From IMG/VR virus record IMGVR_UViG_3300028377_000003, positions 62,001 through 126,000 of that record: a stretch of 64,000 nt of DNA. One strand, written 5' to 3'. Below, in pieces: positions 38,924 to 48,749 of this stretch. The position numbers and the translations under genes are program-made. Numbering within the stretch: the first letter of the stretch is position 1; the number at the start of each line of letters is the position of its first letter. Origin of the DNA: an uncultured virus (IMG/VR IMGVR_UViG_3300028377_000003). Its lineage: Duplodnaviria; Heunggongvirae; Uroviricota; Caudoviricetes. Under the pieces are notes generated by a model. The model searched no databases, had not been told where the DNA came from, and worked only from the letters and a program-made list of their open reading frames with translations.

Positions 38924-39467
38924 TCAAAAAAGAAAGTGGGTCATCTTGGAGCTTAGTCACCAAGGGGAAAAGAAAACCCCGCCTGAGCTTCAAAGCCTTT
39001 TACAACCCGAGATCGGGGAGGGGGTCGAGATTTTCGTCCCTTCTATCACCTTTTCAAGACGGGAAAGTAATGTTACCATCTGTTTGATGGAGGGTTATTT
39101 TTTCGTCGAAGCGGTGATACCCCCATCGACGTTCTTCACGCTTGAAGAGCTTCCTTATGTGCGTCGTGTCTTAACCCACGATGAACCGAATGGACGGTTC
39201 ATTTGCTATGTGGAACAGGACACCGTAGACGAACTAAAGGAAAAGCTCCACCGTCAAGCGGCCCGTGATATTTGTGTAGGAGACTATGTGAAGGTTTGCG
39301 AAGGGGCGTACTCGTCACTTAGGGGTAAGATCCTTAACGTGTTCGCCGACAAGGAACGGGCTTCAGTCCATATCGTGGATCTGAAGAGCATGGAAGTGAT
39401 TGTGGAATTACCTTTCCAATTTTTCGAACGAATACCAGCTAACTCCGATGAGGACTACGAACTATGA
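38916..39467 (+). CDS. NusG-like transcription factor (NGN + KOW)
   Basis: W near N-terminus, IFVP, GYFFV, KOW VGDYVKVCEGAYSSLRGKI. Confidence 0.75.
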   Translation: MSDQKRKWVILELSHQGEKKTPPELQSLLQPEIGEGVEIFVPSITFSRRESNVTICLMEGYFFVEAVIPPSTFFTLEELPYVRRVLTHDEPNGRFICYVEQDTVDELKEKLHRQAARDICVGDYVKVCEGAYSSLRGKILNVFADKERASVHIVDLKSMEVIVELPFQFFERIPANSDEDYEL

Positions 39468-40426
39468 AAACCAACGTGATCGTGGACGGGATGAACATCG
39501 CCTTTCGCTGCTCTTACATTTACGACAAGAAGCAGGGGCTACAGAACTCCGAAGGGTTGCCTACTGGAACTATCTATGGCTTTGCCCGTCACATGGTCAA
39601 GTTGCGTGATCGTTTCCCCGGTGCTGATATCTGGGTAGCGTGGGAAGGCGCTGGAAGCCGCGAGGAACGTCGAGCTATCTATGCCGACTACAAAGGCAAC
39701 CGGAAAGATGAAACGTCGGAGGGGCCGTCTGAGACACGTCAGTTGGTATTTGACCAAGTGTCTGTGCTGCAGGATTTGCTTGAAGCCACGGGTATCCACC
39801 AAGTGAGCGCTGCAGGCTACGAAGCCGACGATATGATTGCGACACTTGTGCGTGACCGTTTCAGTGACGACGAATACAAGAACGTCATTATAAGCAGCGA
39901 CCGTGACCTACTTCAGTTGGTGGGCGACGGGACTGTGCAAATGACGCCGCACCCGGAAAAGTTTTTTGACGCCCTTAAAGTCGAAGAGGAATACGGTGTG
40001 CCGCCCCGTCTCCTTTTGTCTTACCGGGTGTTCGATGGGGACAAGAGCGATAACATGCCGGGCATGTATCGTTTCCCCCGCAAAAAGATTGCCACCATCG
40101 TCCAAGAACACGACGGCGATCTGGAATCTATTTATAATGACTGTGAAGTGAAGCTAACCGAGTTCCAAGAAAACACCCTCACCGATTTTGAGGACCAAGC
40201 CTACGTCAACCGGGACATCATGTACCTCCGGTCGATCGAGGATTACGACGAACGCGAAGGACGTCATGACGAAGAAGTCATTGAGCGTTTTTGTGATCAG
40301 CTAGATATCGAATCCATCCGCGCCGACTTGCTTTCTTTTACGGCCAAGACAGGGTTCGTCAAGACAGGAGATACAAATGTCAGTACATTACATCCAACCG
40401 CTGGATCCGCAGGAACTGGCGAGTAG
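39464..40426 (+). CDS. 5'-3' exonuclease / flap endonuclease (PolA N-terminal-like)
   Basis: IVDG, YKGNR, YEADD, SSDRD, GDKSDNMPG. Confidence 0.9.
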   Translation: MKTNVIVDGMNIAFRCSYIYDKKQGLQNSEGLPTGTIYGFARHMVKLRDRFPGADIWVAWEGAGSREERRAIYADYKGNRKDETSEGPSETRQLVFDQVSVLQDLLEATGIHQVSAAGYEADDMIATLVRDRFSDDEYKNVIISSDRDLLQLVGDGTVQMTPHPEKFFDALKVEEEYGVPPRLLLSYRVFDGDKSDNMPGMYRFPRKKIATIVQEHDGDLESIYNDCEVKLTEFQENTLTDFEDQAYVNRDIMYLRSIEDYDEREGRHDEEVIERFCDQLDIESIRADLLSFTAKTGFVKTGDTNVSTLHPTAGSAGTGE

Positions 40427-41168
40427 ATTTTCGACCGATGATACGCTTGAGCCCCTTCCCCGGCAAGACGAACAATGGAAGGAGCTGCACCTAGATAAGA
40501 TCAAGGCCGTTTTAGATAGGTTGCCAGACCGTGAGGAGGACTTGATCCGTCTTTACTTTTTCTTGAACAAGCGCCAAACGGACATTGCGGAGATTTTCAA
40601 CATCACTCAAGCCGCCGTGTCCTACCGGCTAAAGCGTGCCCTTGATAGGATTCGATTTTTGATCGAAATCCCCGAGGTGACAAAAGACGAAATTTACGAC
40701 GACCTCCTTCCCGTCATGCCTACCAAGCTAGACGCTCGCATCTTTGCCGAGATGTTTGAGTCCACTTGCCAAAGTGAAGTTGCTGACATTCTCGATATCA
40801 GTCAAGGGCGTGTGCGCCACCGATTCATTGCGAACCTTGCCCGGATGGGTCAAGTGCTTGTGGACCGCGTGTATGCGTGGGTGCGCCGTAATGATGAGGA
40901 CCTCCAAGAGGTGGCTGTCGTCAAAGGCAAACTCGACACCTTAATGGAAGCGCAACGTCAGAAAGAGTTGGAAATCGAAGAATTCGAAGACGGCTTAAAG
41001 GAGATTGTTGACCTCCTCGTTGACCTCCCCGACGATCTTGAAGATGAGGACCTAACCCTCTTCGCTCGTTACTATAAAACGTTCGTCAAGATCCGCTACA
41101 ATTTCAACATCCTCCGCGAAATCAAGCTACCGAAATGGTCCAACCGTAGCAAGAAGACGATCACCTAA
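40377..41168 (+). CDS. Sigma70 region-4-like HTH protein (two tandem HTHs)
   Basis: LDRLPDREEDLIRLYF...QTDIAEIFNITQAAVSYRLKRA and QSEVADILDISQGRVRHR. Confidence 0.7.
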   Translation: MSVHYIQPLDPQELASRFSTDDTLEPLPRQDEQWKELHLDKIKAVLDRLPDREEDLIRLYFFLNKRQTDIAEIFNITQAAVSYRLKRALDRIRFLIEIPEVTKDEIYDDLLPVMPTKLDARIFAEMFESTCQSEVADILDISQGRVRHRFIANLARMGQVLVDRVYAWVRRNDEDLQEVAVVKGKLDTLMEAQRQKELEIEEFEDGLKEIVDLLVDLPDDLEDEDLTLFARYYKTFVKIRYNFNILREIKLPKWSNRSKKTIT

Positions 41169-41228
41169 CCAATCAGTAATCTGTTTATATGTTTTCTAGG
41201 TTAGAACTGGTACGTCTATTGCCCCTGC

Positions 41229-41510
41229 GTGTATGCGATGAAAAGTAGCCTTCGAAAAGTCATTATGTCGAAGAAGGTTGCCGCAGCTTATCTGGATGAG
41301 GTTTCCAAGGTCGCTTCGACCGTTACGGTTTACTTCCTAGATGAGCAGGGGCTTACCGGATTCATGAGCACCGCCAAGTCTAGCTTCGGCAAAAAGCTCT
41401 CATGTAGTCGTGGTTTTGATTACGTGACCTTTCTGTCGACGGACCATGAAGTGGTCCAGAAGATTCAAGAGCGGGCCAGAAAGAAGGGACTCGACTTTTC
41501 GGGCTTTTAA
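41229..41510 (+). CDS. Hypothetical protein
   Basis: 93-aa ORF after candidate late promoter. Confidence 0.6.
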   Translation: MYAMKSSLRKVIMSKKVAAAYLDEVSKVASTVTVYFLDEQGLTGFMSTAKSSFGKKLSCSRGFDYVTFLSTDHEVVQKIQERARKKGLDFSGF

Positions 41511-41520
41511 GGGGCACACA

Positions 41521-41817
41521 ATGGACTATAAAGATTTTGATCTCGGCGAAGTAATGATGCAATCCTCGGGGATGGATGCATACCTTGGGGACGATGCTGA
41601 AGCCGTTGACATTCGTGAATTGGTGGGGGCGGAGATTGAAGAGCCTAAGCGAATTCGCATTGCCAACGTAGAGCAACTTCAGGGCTTCAGTCGGGTCGCA
41701 AGTGATACGCTGATCCGTAAATCGGAGCGTGATCTCTGGTCGCTCAAGCAGAGCGAAGAGGGCGATTGGGTAATCGAGCGCCTTTTCGACGATGAAGGCA
41801 ATCCCCTCAAGGTCTGA
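41521..41817 (+). CDS. Hypothetical protein
   Basis: AAGGGG RBS before ATG 41521. Confidence 0.7.
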   Translation: MDYKDFDLGEVMMQSSGMDAYLGDDAEAVDIRELVGAEIEEPKRIRIANVEQLQGFSRVASDTLIRKSERDLWSLKQSEEGDWVIERLFDDEGNPLKV

Positions 41818-41818
41818 T

Positions 41819-42382
41819 ATGAGCAACAAGCCATACAGCAATAGGGAAAAGCGGATTGCGGAGCGTGTGGCTTCTCAGTATCTCTTTGAGAAGACCGGCA
41901 TGGTTCGCACTGCGGGCGAAGTCCGATTCATCAAGGACACAGGTCCTGATGGTCGTGCTATGCCGAGGAACTACGACTTTGATCCAAAGGCTAAGAAGCC
42001 TCTGGCAAAAGTCTTGTGGTCCATTTCGTGTGCTCTGGGGCACATGGTTTCGGCGTACAGCAGTTTCACAAAGATCAAAGCCGTGTCGATCAGCCCGGAT
42101 GGTAAGTTGGGTGGAAAGGGCTACATCCAAGATATCAAAGATATGCGGTCCGACCTCAACACTTCGCTTGAAACCCTTTCCGGTATTCAAGATACGATCA
42201 ATGACGAACTTCGCGGCCCTCACTGGCAGCCAGATGCTGTCGATGTAGACGAGGATGATGAGGCCGAAGTCGAAGAGATGCTTTCTGACTCCCAAGAGAT
42301 TACTGACGACCCGGAAGGGTTTTTCGAAGAGGAGTACGAAGAGCATGTTGAAGACGACGTTGCTGAAAAGCAAGGGAAATGA
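41819..42382 (+). CDS. Hypothetical protein (probable virion/late)
   Basis: ATG 41819 after upstream stop; RVASQY, RTA, acidic tail. Confidence 0.7.
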   Translation: MSNKPYSNREKRIAERVASQYLFEKTGMVRTAGEVRFIKDTGPDGRAMPRNYDFDPKAKKPLAKVLWSISCALGHMVSAYSSFTKIKAVSISPDGKLGGKGYIQDIKDMRSDLNTSLETLSGIQDTINDELRGPHWQPDAVDVDEDDEAEVEEMLSDSQEITDDPEGFFEEEYEEHVEDDVAEKQGK

Positions 42383-42538
42383 GGTTAGGAAACGAACGTC
42401 GTACCGGGTGATCCTCGCATATTTTCGGAGTTCAGAAGGTTGATGTTCGAGCGTGCGTTAAAGAATCTGGACTTTGTAGATAAGGGAATGGCTTTGCTGG
42501 TTTGTCTGGTCGACGCCGAATCCTAAAGGAGATCACAC

Positions 42539-45508
42539 ATGGCAGATTTAGGAGACATCGGAGCTATCCTTGAGGATGAGCCGGTATCGGATCTTGATTG
42601 GCTTGATGTTGATGAAGATGAGTACCGCGCTACTGAGGCGCTACCGAAGCAAAACTTGGATGCTGTTCCTGAGCTTGAGGCACAGTGGAAAGATTTGACG
42701 GAGGCCGATAAGTATCGGCTGTCGCCAGAAAACCGCGAACCCGCAAACGCTCGTACCCCTTTCTGGAGTGAGCGGAGCATTCCCGGTGAAATCTCTGGTG
42801 ATGATGCGGTTGCTATCGTCGAAAAATTCGCCAAGCGCCACGTTCAGGCGGGCGTCTCCGGTCCCGATGTAATTCAGATCCTCAAGAGTAATTTCGATGC
42901 GGAAGTCCTTTCCATGTCGAAAAAAGCCGTCCGTGGCGTCCTCAGTGAAAGGGGCCTCCTCGGTTCGGTTTATATTGATTCCGAGCTTTTCGAAGACTGT
43001 TACAAGGGCGGCCCTCAGAAGGGTCTGACGGCGAACACACGGAACGCCAAGTACGTTCTGGCAAAGAGCCAGTGTGGTGATTGCATCCACAACCGTAAAG
43101 GTCGCTGTTCGGTATTCCAAAAGGAAATCGTCCTTGAAGTCGATTACACCAAAGACCTGTGGGAAGAGTACCTCGATGGTATCCACATGGAGCGCAAGGA
43201 TCTTGATGGTATCCAGAACCTCCCGGTCAAGGCCCGGTTGCAAAAAGCACTTCTAGCTTCGCCCATCCCGGAGTCCGACGCACTCGATGGTAAGCCCATC
43301 GTACCGGACCCCACGGCTGGCGTAACCTACGAAGATGCGATGGATCAGTTGCGGTCCGCTGATATCAAGCGTGAGATCGTAGCTAATACTGTCAACCGAA
43401 AGAAGGTGCTTCGCCTCGCTGTGGACATGATGCGCGGCAACCACGGACCCGCTGTTCGTGATCTTCTTGCCTCGGACCCCGCAGTTGCTTCGTTGAAGGA
43501 TGAGCTATATGTCCTCGGGCAACTGTACCTCGACCTATCGTATTTCCCGACGTACAAGGTGGCTTCGCAATTCATCGACCTTTTCGAAAAGCAAGGGGCC
43601 GCAGATAATCTGCCTCCACTGATCGTGGGAATCCCTTTCGAAGAGTCCGAGTTGGATAAGCGTTATGCACATGCACCGTCTCTGGACATTCGTTCGGACA
43701 AGGCGCTTTTGCATACGATCAGTCGGTTTTTCCTTACGAAGCAAGGCCGCAAGCTAGACAATACGAAAAAGGCCCTGTTCAAGAAGCTGTTCGCTCGCCT
43801 CAAGAAATCCGACGAAGCGGATGTTCGTGCCTTCGCTCAGAAGGTCTACAAGAAGCCGGTGCCGAAGGAAGTAAGCAAGTATCAGGCAACGGTTATTTAC
43901 GACCCGACACACGGTATCTCTTCCGAACAGGCTGATAGCCAGCTTCGGAAAGCAGATCGTAAGCGGGTGGTCGTCGAAAACCCGACGAAAATTTCCAACA
44001 CTAAAGATCTCGTTGGGCGGATGCTTCGTGGTGATCACGGAAACAAGGTCGCGACCCTTATTAAGCAGGACGACCGGCTTTCCAAGCTAAGTAAGCACTT
44101 GCACTTGCTGGGCCGCCTGTACGTCGACACGTCTCTTGCTACCCCTCGGGAAGTAGAGGCGGCTGCAGCGGCGAATCCGGCAGTCAAAGAATTGCCACTC
44201 CTCACCCCGAACAACCGGAAGGGCTTTTTCAAGAAGCCCGAGGTCCACGCTTTGATTGCGAAGCGTGTTGCGAAAATTAAAGGGATTGATACCGACCCAG
44301 CATACACTCAGACGCTACGAAACGTCGTCTCCCGGCTTTCGCAAACTTCCGAAGGCAAGGTAATGGCCTTCGCCCGGAAAGCGTTCTCAATGCCTGTGAA
44401 GGGCAAAGCTGCGGTCCACAATACACCGTACCAGATTAATCCACAGGTTGAAGTCAGCGACGAGCAAGTCAACGACTTTATGGATTCGCTCAAGAGCAAG
44501 AAACAGGCGCGGGCGTTCGAAACCCTTGAGGATTACCTCAAAGAGGAAGGCGGCGCGCACCTGTTGGCTTCCCTGCAAAAGCGTATTGGCCTTGATCGTA
44601 TCAAGCGTCTGTATATGCAAAACGACGGTAAGGTTGCATCCAACCTCGATACATCCAAGACGGCGAAATCCGATGCTTTGGAAATTCTATCGGCGGTTCT
44701 GGACGACAACTACAAACCGAACGGACTCAAGCCTCCGTCTCGTCGCATGGCCCGCACTAAGATGGGCAAGTGGCTTCGGGATCAAATGATGAAGGGCAAG
44801 TACGGTTCGGCATTGGCCGATGCCCTGAAGTTGGCTTTCCCGTATACGGACCTCCTTGAAGATGCGCCGGTCATTATTGCTTTCCGCGAAGAGGAAGGGC
44901 TTTACGGTCGTGCCTACAGCACGGCGGACAGCTACGACTCTTGCAACGAAGGTACGCAAGATATCAGCGCTTCGGTGCAGCAGATCGTAAAAGGGTCCAA
45001 GTGCCAAGGGTGTATTTACAACAAAATTGGCCGATGCTTGCTTTACAGCAAGAAGCTCGTAGACGATCCGGTCTATACGGATGAAACGGTAAACGCGGCC
45101 CTCCAATATCGGGTCAGCAATGGCCAGCTTACGGAGCGGGACGCCAAGCGTATCCGTATGATGGATGTAGATCCCCGGACCAAGACCCGGATTGCTTATA
45201 CGTCCGAACCCGCTAACGAGGTTCAGATGCACGAGACGGGTCTACAGGCATTTTATGGTGATCAAAGCGAAAAGCAGGTTAACCATGCCGCTGTCCGCGA
45301 AATCGTCGAAAAGAAAAAGGCCGCCGAGAAAAAGGCCCTCGAACAGATTGATACGCCATCCGAAGGCGGCATCGACGGTAAAGACCAAATGTCCGAGTTC
45401 GAACTTGGAGGCGTTGCTTCCGATGGTTCGATCAACGAGATTGAGTTTCACGGAGGCCCATCACCGACACTTGATGTGGAATTCGGTGACGGTTTCAATA
45501 TCGAATAA
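42539..45508 (+). CDS. Large hypothetical protein with internal A-B-B-A repeats and two Cys clusters
   Basis: 989 aa, AAGGAG RBS; CGDC...GRC and CQGC...GRC. Confidence 0.85.
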   Translation: MADLGDIGAILEDEPVSDLDWLDVDEDEYRATEALPKQNLDAVPELEAQWKDLTEADKYRLSPENREPANARTPFWSERSIPGEISGDDAVAIVEKFAKRHVQAGVSGPDVIQILKSNFDAEVLSMSKKAVRGVLSERGLLGSVYIDSELFEDCYKGGPQKGLTANTRNAKYVLAKSQCGDCIHNRKGRCSVFQKEIVLEVDYTKDLWEEYLDGIHMERKDLDGIQNLPVKARLQKALLASPIPESDALDGKPIVPDPTAGVTYEDAMDQLRSADIKREIVANTVNRKKVLRLAVDMMRGNHGPAVRDLLASDPAVASLKDELYVLGQLYLDLSYFPTYKVASQFIDLFEKQGAADNLPPLIVGIPFEESELDKRYAHAPSLDIRSDKALLHTISRFFLTKQGRKLDNTKKALFKKLFARLKKSDEADVRAFAQKVYKKPVPKEVSKYQATVIYDPTHGISSEQADSQLRKADRKRVVVENPTKISNTKDLVGRMLRGDHGNKVATLIKQDDRLSKLSKHLHLLGRLYVDTSLATPREVEAAAAANPAVKELPLLTPNNRKGFFKKPEVHALIAKRVAKIKGIDTDPAYTQTLRNVVSRLSQTSEGKVMAFARKAFSMPVKGKAAVHNTPYQINPQVEVSDEQVNDFMDSLKSKKQARAFETLEDYLKEEGGAHLLASLQKRIGLDRIKRLYMQNDGKVASNLDTSKTAKSDALEILSAVLDDNYKPNGLKPPSRRMARTKMGKWLRDQMMKGKYGSALADALKLAFPYTDLLEDAPVIIAFREEEGLYGRAYSTADSYDSCNEGTQDISASVQQIVKGSKCQGCIYNKIGRCLLYSKKLVDDPVYTDETVNAALQYRVSNGQLTERDAKRIRMMDVDPRTKTRIAYTSEPANEVQMHETGLQAFYGDQSEKQVNHAAVREIVEKKKAAEKKALEQIDTPSEGGIDGKDQMSEFELGGVASDGSINEIEFHGGPSPTLDVEFGDGFNIE

Positions 45509-45520
45509 AGGGAGTTACGT

Positions 45521-46081
45521 ATGAGCGACGATCGGACCAAAGAGCTACAGGTGCAAGTCGTTACGCTCGAAAAGAAAGAGAAGAAGCGAGGGCGGGGGCG
45601 TCCACCTAAGATTCCTATCAAGCCGACGACGCCTGAAGTTGCCCAACTCATGAAGAACAAGCAAAAGCACCGGGAAAGCGACCCGCTTATCCAGCAGATT
45701 ACTCAAGATGCGGATAGCTTGGACGTTCTCGATGTGGCGATGCTTGAACTTGCTAAAGAGGCTTCGAGTCTTGATTTTGAGCGTGGTGAAGCGGAGCGCA
45801 AAGGTAACGACACTACCGGGATCTCTTCGAAGAAAATCAACGCCACGAAAGCTATCATTGACACGTACCTGCGAAAGCGGGATTCGGTAGTCAAAGACAC
45901 GTTCGATTTCAAGAGCAAGAAGTTCCAGAAGCTCTTTGAATTTTGGGCGATGAAATTCAGAAGGTGTTGTGAAGGGGCGGGCATGTCAGAGGAGCAAATT
46001 CAGCGCCTCTTTCAGGTCGCCGGTGAAGAATTCGAAGATTGGGAAGACGAAGCACTCCGCTATATCAAATCTGAGGTTTGA
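45521..46081 (+). CDS. Possible terminase small subunit (AT-hook-like motif)
   Basis: KRGRGRPPK; helical; immediately upstream of terminase large subunit. Confidence 0.45.
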   Translation: MSDDRTKELQVQVVTLEKKEKKRGRGRPPKIPIKPTTPEVAQLMKNKQKHRESDPLIQQITQDADSLDVLDVAMLELAKEASSLDFERGEAERKGNDTTGISSKKINATKAIIDTYLRKRDSVVKDTFDFKSKKFQKLFEFWAMKFRRCCEGAGMSEEQIQRLFQVAGEEFEDWEDEALRYIKSEV

Positions 46082-46137
46082 GCTAGCGACTACTATTACT
46101 ACCTACGATTGAGGCTCTATGGAAAAGGTGATCACTC

Positions 46138-48147
46138 ATGTCGATGGCAGATCTCTTTCGTCAAGTCGGACGCAAATCCTCTGAAGGGGATTACGACACC
46201 CAAAAAGTACTCAATATTATTGAGTTCGTTGAATCGCCGTTTGGTCTGGGGTTTTCCCAAGAGATCTGCGGCATGTCGCTATTCCCTGTCCAGAAGTTTC
46301 TCCTAAAAGCGTTCTACAACCTCCCGCTCGACGACTCAACCCGCAACATCAAGGTACCTAAGACGTGGCGTCAAGCACAGAGCGCCAAGCCCGACGACTA
46401 TTACAGGTTCACCGAAGTCGAATACATGCGGTACCTCTATAATGAGGGCCGGTGTAACATCAAAGAACAAGACCACGACCGACACGAACTTGTCCTACCC
46501 ATCGGTCGTCGTAGTGGTAAGTCCACAATTTCTTCGATGATCGCGGCATACGAGGTGTACCGCCTCCTACGTAAAGCCAACCCCCAACGCTATTACGGGA
46601 TTCAAGATGGTGCCGAGATCACAATCTCCACCATTGCTACCACCAAAGATCAGTCACAGATCCTTTACAACGGTGTACGTAACCACTTCCAGAGTTGCGA
46701 ATTCTACGCCCCGTACCTGAGCCACGACACGCAAAGCTACGTCCGTTTCCAGACTCCCTATGACATCGATCAGACGGGTGAAGCTGACGATGGTGGTCGT
46801 GCCAGCGTACAGATTAAGTTCTTTTCGTCTGTTTCCAGCGGTATTCGTGGTCTGGCCAACATCGTTATCATCCTTGATGAGGTCGCTTTCTTCAAGGAGA
46901 AGGGCAACTCTTCGGCCAATGCTGTGTACCAAGCTGCCTCGCCTTCCGTTGCGACTTTCGCTCCCGCAGATCCGAATGGTCAGCAGGAGACCTTGAATCG
47001 TGATTCGGAAGGACGTATCATTATGATCTCGTCCCCTTTCAATAAGGACGGATTGTTCTATAATAAGTATGAGCAGTCTAAAGTGGGAGGGTCCGCATCG
47101 CGTGATATCTTGATGGTGCAGGCTCCCACATGGGAAGTTAACCCTCAAGTACCTGTTGGTTTCCTCGAGAATGCTCACGGTAAAGATCCGGTAGCGTTTG
47201 CTACGGAGTTCGGGGCCGAATTCACCGACCGCGTTATGGCGTGGATCGAACGTGAAAAGGACCTCATGGTTTGCCTCGACCGTGACCTTCGACCTTCCCC
47301 TCGTGGGAAACCGCGTACACCCCACAGCCTCGGACTTGACCTTGCTGTTAAAGGCGACCGTACTTCCGTTGCTCTGACACGCCCGGACGGAGACAAGATC
47401 CGCCTTGTGTACCACGAGGAGTGGCAGGCGGGGAAAAGCTGGTACGATCTTAACCCGCACCTTGAAGAGCCGATTGTCCCTTACGCTAAGGAACTGCACA
47501 CGGTTGATATTCTCGATTTCGATGCACTGGCTGAATGGATCAAAGAGCTTTCGCGGCGGTTCTATATCGTCGACGGTGTTTTTGACCAATGGCAGGGCAT
47601 TAGTTTCAAGCAGACCCTCGACAAGATGGATATGAAACAGCTTGAATCGAAACAGTTCACACGGGACGAGTCCTCCCAGATGTTCGATGCGTTCAAGACC
47701 TTGATGTATCACGGGCGTCTCATGCTTTACGATTATATGCTCCGTGATGTGGATGAGGACGAGGATGAGGATTTCGGTGTCGTCAATTCCGCACTCGATG
47801 AGGGTACGGGCCACGTTAAACACGCACCCTATATCAAGCAACTGTTGGAGCTACGCGCCGAGCGGAAGTCTAAGAAGGTCGTACTTGTTGAAGCACCCAA
47901 CGGTCCTAACAAACACGATGACTTCGCGGATGCGCTTGTAAGATCGGTATGGTTGACACTCCACCGGGTCGGGAACCCCAAATACATTTCTGGTTCAAAG
48001 AGTCGTATGCGTGAGATCGCCGAAGAGATGGGCGCAGATCACTACAAGTCCATGTCCTCACAACAGTACCAGCGCAGGCGTCAGCGGCGTCACAACTATT
48101 CTAACAAGCGGGGCGACCGTATGCCTCCGGGGTGGAAAAAGCGATGA
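46138..48147 (+). CDS. Terminase large subunit
   Basis: Walker A GRRSGKS, Walker B IILDE, ISSP, EFGAEF, GLDLA, HDDFADA. Confidence 0.88.
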   Translation: MSMADLFRQVGRKSSEGDYDTQKVLNIIEFVESPFGLGFSQEICGMSLFPVQKFLLKAFYNLPLDDSTRNIKVPKTWRQAQSAKPDDYYRFTEVEYMRYLYNEGRCNIKEQDHDRHELVLPIGRRSGKSTISSMIAAYEVYRLLRKANPQRYYGIQDGAEITISTIATTKDQSQILYNGVRNHFQSCEFYAPYLSHDTQSYVRFQTPYDIDQTGEADDGGRASVQIKFFSSVSSGIRGLANIVIILDEVAFFKEKGNSSANAVYQAASPSVATFAPADPNGQQETLNRDSEGRIIMISSPFNKDGLFYNKYEQSKVGGSASRDILMVQAPTWEVNPQVPVGFLENAHGKDPVAFATEFGAEFTDRVMAWIEREKDLMVCLDRDLRPSPRGKPRTPHSLGLDLAVKGDRTSVALTRPDGDKIRLVYHEEWQAGKSWYDLNPHLEEPIVPYAKELHTVDILDFDALAEWIKELSRRFYIVDGVFDQWQGISFKQTLDKMDMKQLESKQFTRDESSQMFDAFKTLMYHGRLMLYDYMLRDVDEDEDEDFGVVNSALDEGTGHVKHAPYIKQLLELRAERKSKKVVLVEAPNGPNKHDDFADALVRSVWLTLHRVGNPKYISGSKSRMREIAEEMGADHYKSMSSQQYQRRRQRRHNYSNKRGDRMPPGWKKR

Positions 48148-48386
48148 GTGACGACACACCAGATCGGTTCTGGGAAACCTGTGTGGTGCAGGTGCTTGGG
48201 AAGCTGGGGGATAAAAATCCCAAGCAAAAAGACCTCAATACCATTGGCTGGCTGTTCGAACATGCAGGTGGTTTATGGGAGGGGCTAGCCGCTGGCGATA
48301 CCGACCAGTGGGATCTCCTCCGAAGAGCGTGCAAAGTCTATTTGAAACGGAAGTTAAAAAAGAAGGACGAAGATGAAAAGCAGTGA
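48144..48386 (+). CDS. Hypothetical protein
   Basis: ATGA overlap with terminase stop. Confidence 0.55.
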   Translation: MSDDTPDRFWETCVVQVLGKLGDKNPKQKDLNTIGWLFEHAGGLWEGLAAGDTDQWDLLRRACKVYLKRKLKKKDEDEKQ

Positions 48387-48732
48387 CATACCAAAGGTCC
48401 AAGATCACTTGGGCGAATTAGATGAAGCCTTACGACAGATACGCTCCGAGGTGAATAGCCTTGGCGAGATCCTGCAGCGGATAGCGAAAACTTGCGAGGA
48501 CGAGCCTGAACTCCTTGAGGTGATGAACCGGGAGCGGCGGTATTTTCGTGCCTTGCGAGGAATGATCGACGATTTTCCGATTATCCGCCAGATGCGTAGA
48601 CGCCTCCCTGTTGTGGAGGCCCGATTACGTAGGAACGAGGGACAGCAGCGGGAAGAGGACCAGTCAGTGCAGCGTCAGGCTGAAGACGTCCGTAATTCCC
48701 TTGAAGATGTTCTTCGGCGTTTCCTTCGGTAA
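48373..48732 (+). CDS. Hypothetical coiled-coil protein
   Basis: 119-aa helical ORF. Confidence 0.6.
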   Translation: MKSSDIPKVQDHLGELDEALRQIRSEVNSLGEILQRIAKTCEDEPELLEVMNRERRYFRALRGMIDDFPIIRQMRRRLPVVEARLRRNEGQQREEDQSVQRQAEDVRNSLEDVLRRFLR

Positions 48733-48749
48733 AGGCGACGGGGTGATCT

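Noticed and set aside
13286..41168. Bacterial chromosome origin for the window
   Set aside because: Housekeeping-like genes are divergent and contiguous with terminase, portal and capsid genes; no ribosomal or central metabolic operons
15208..48147. Inteins or introns in RNR, RecA, DnaX or terminase
   Set aside because: Lengths are near normal and no C...HN splice junctions or LAGLIDADG motifs were seen
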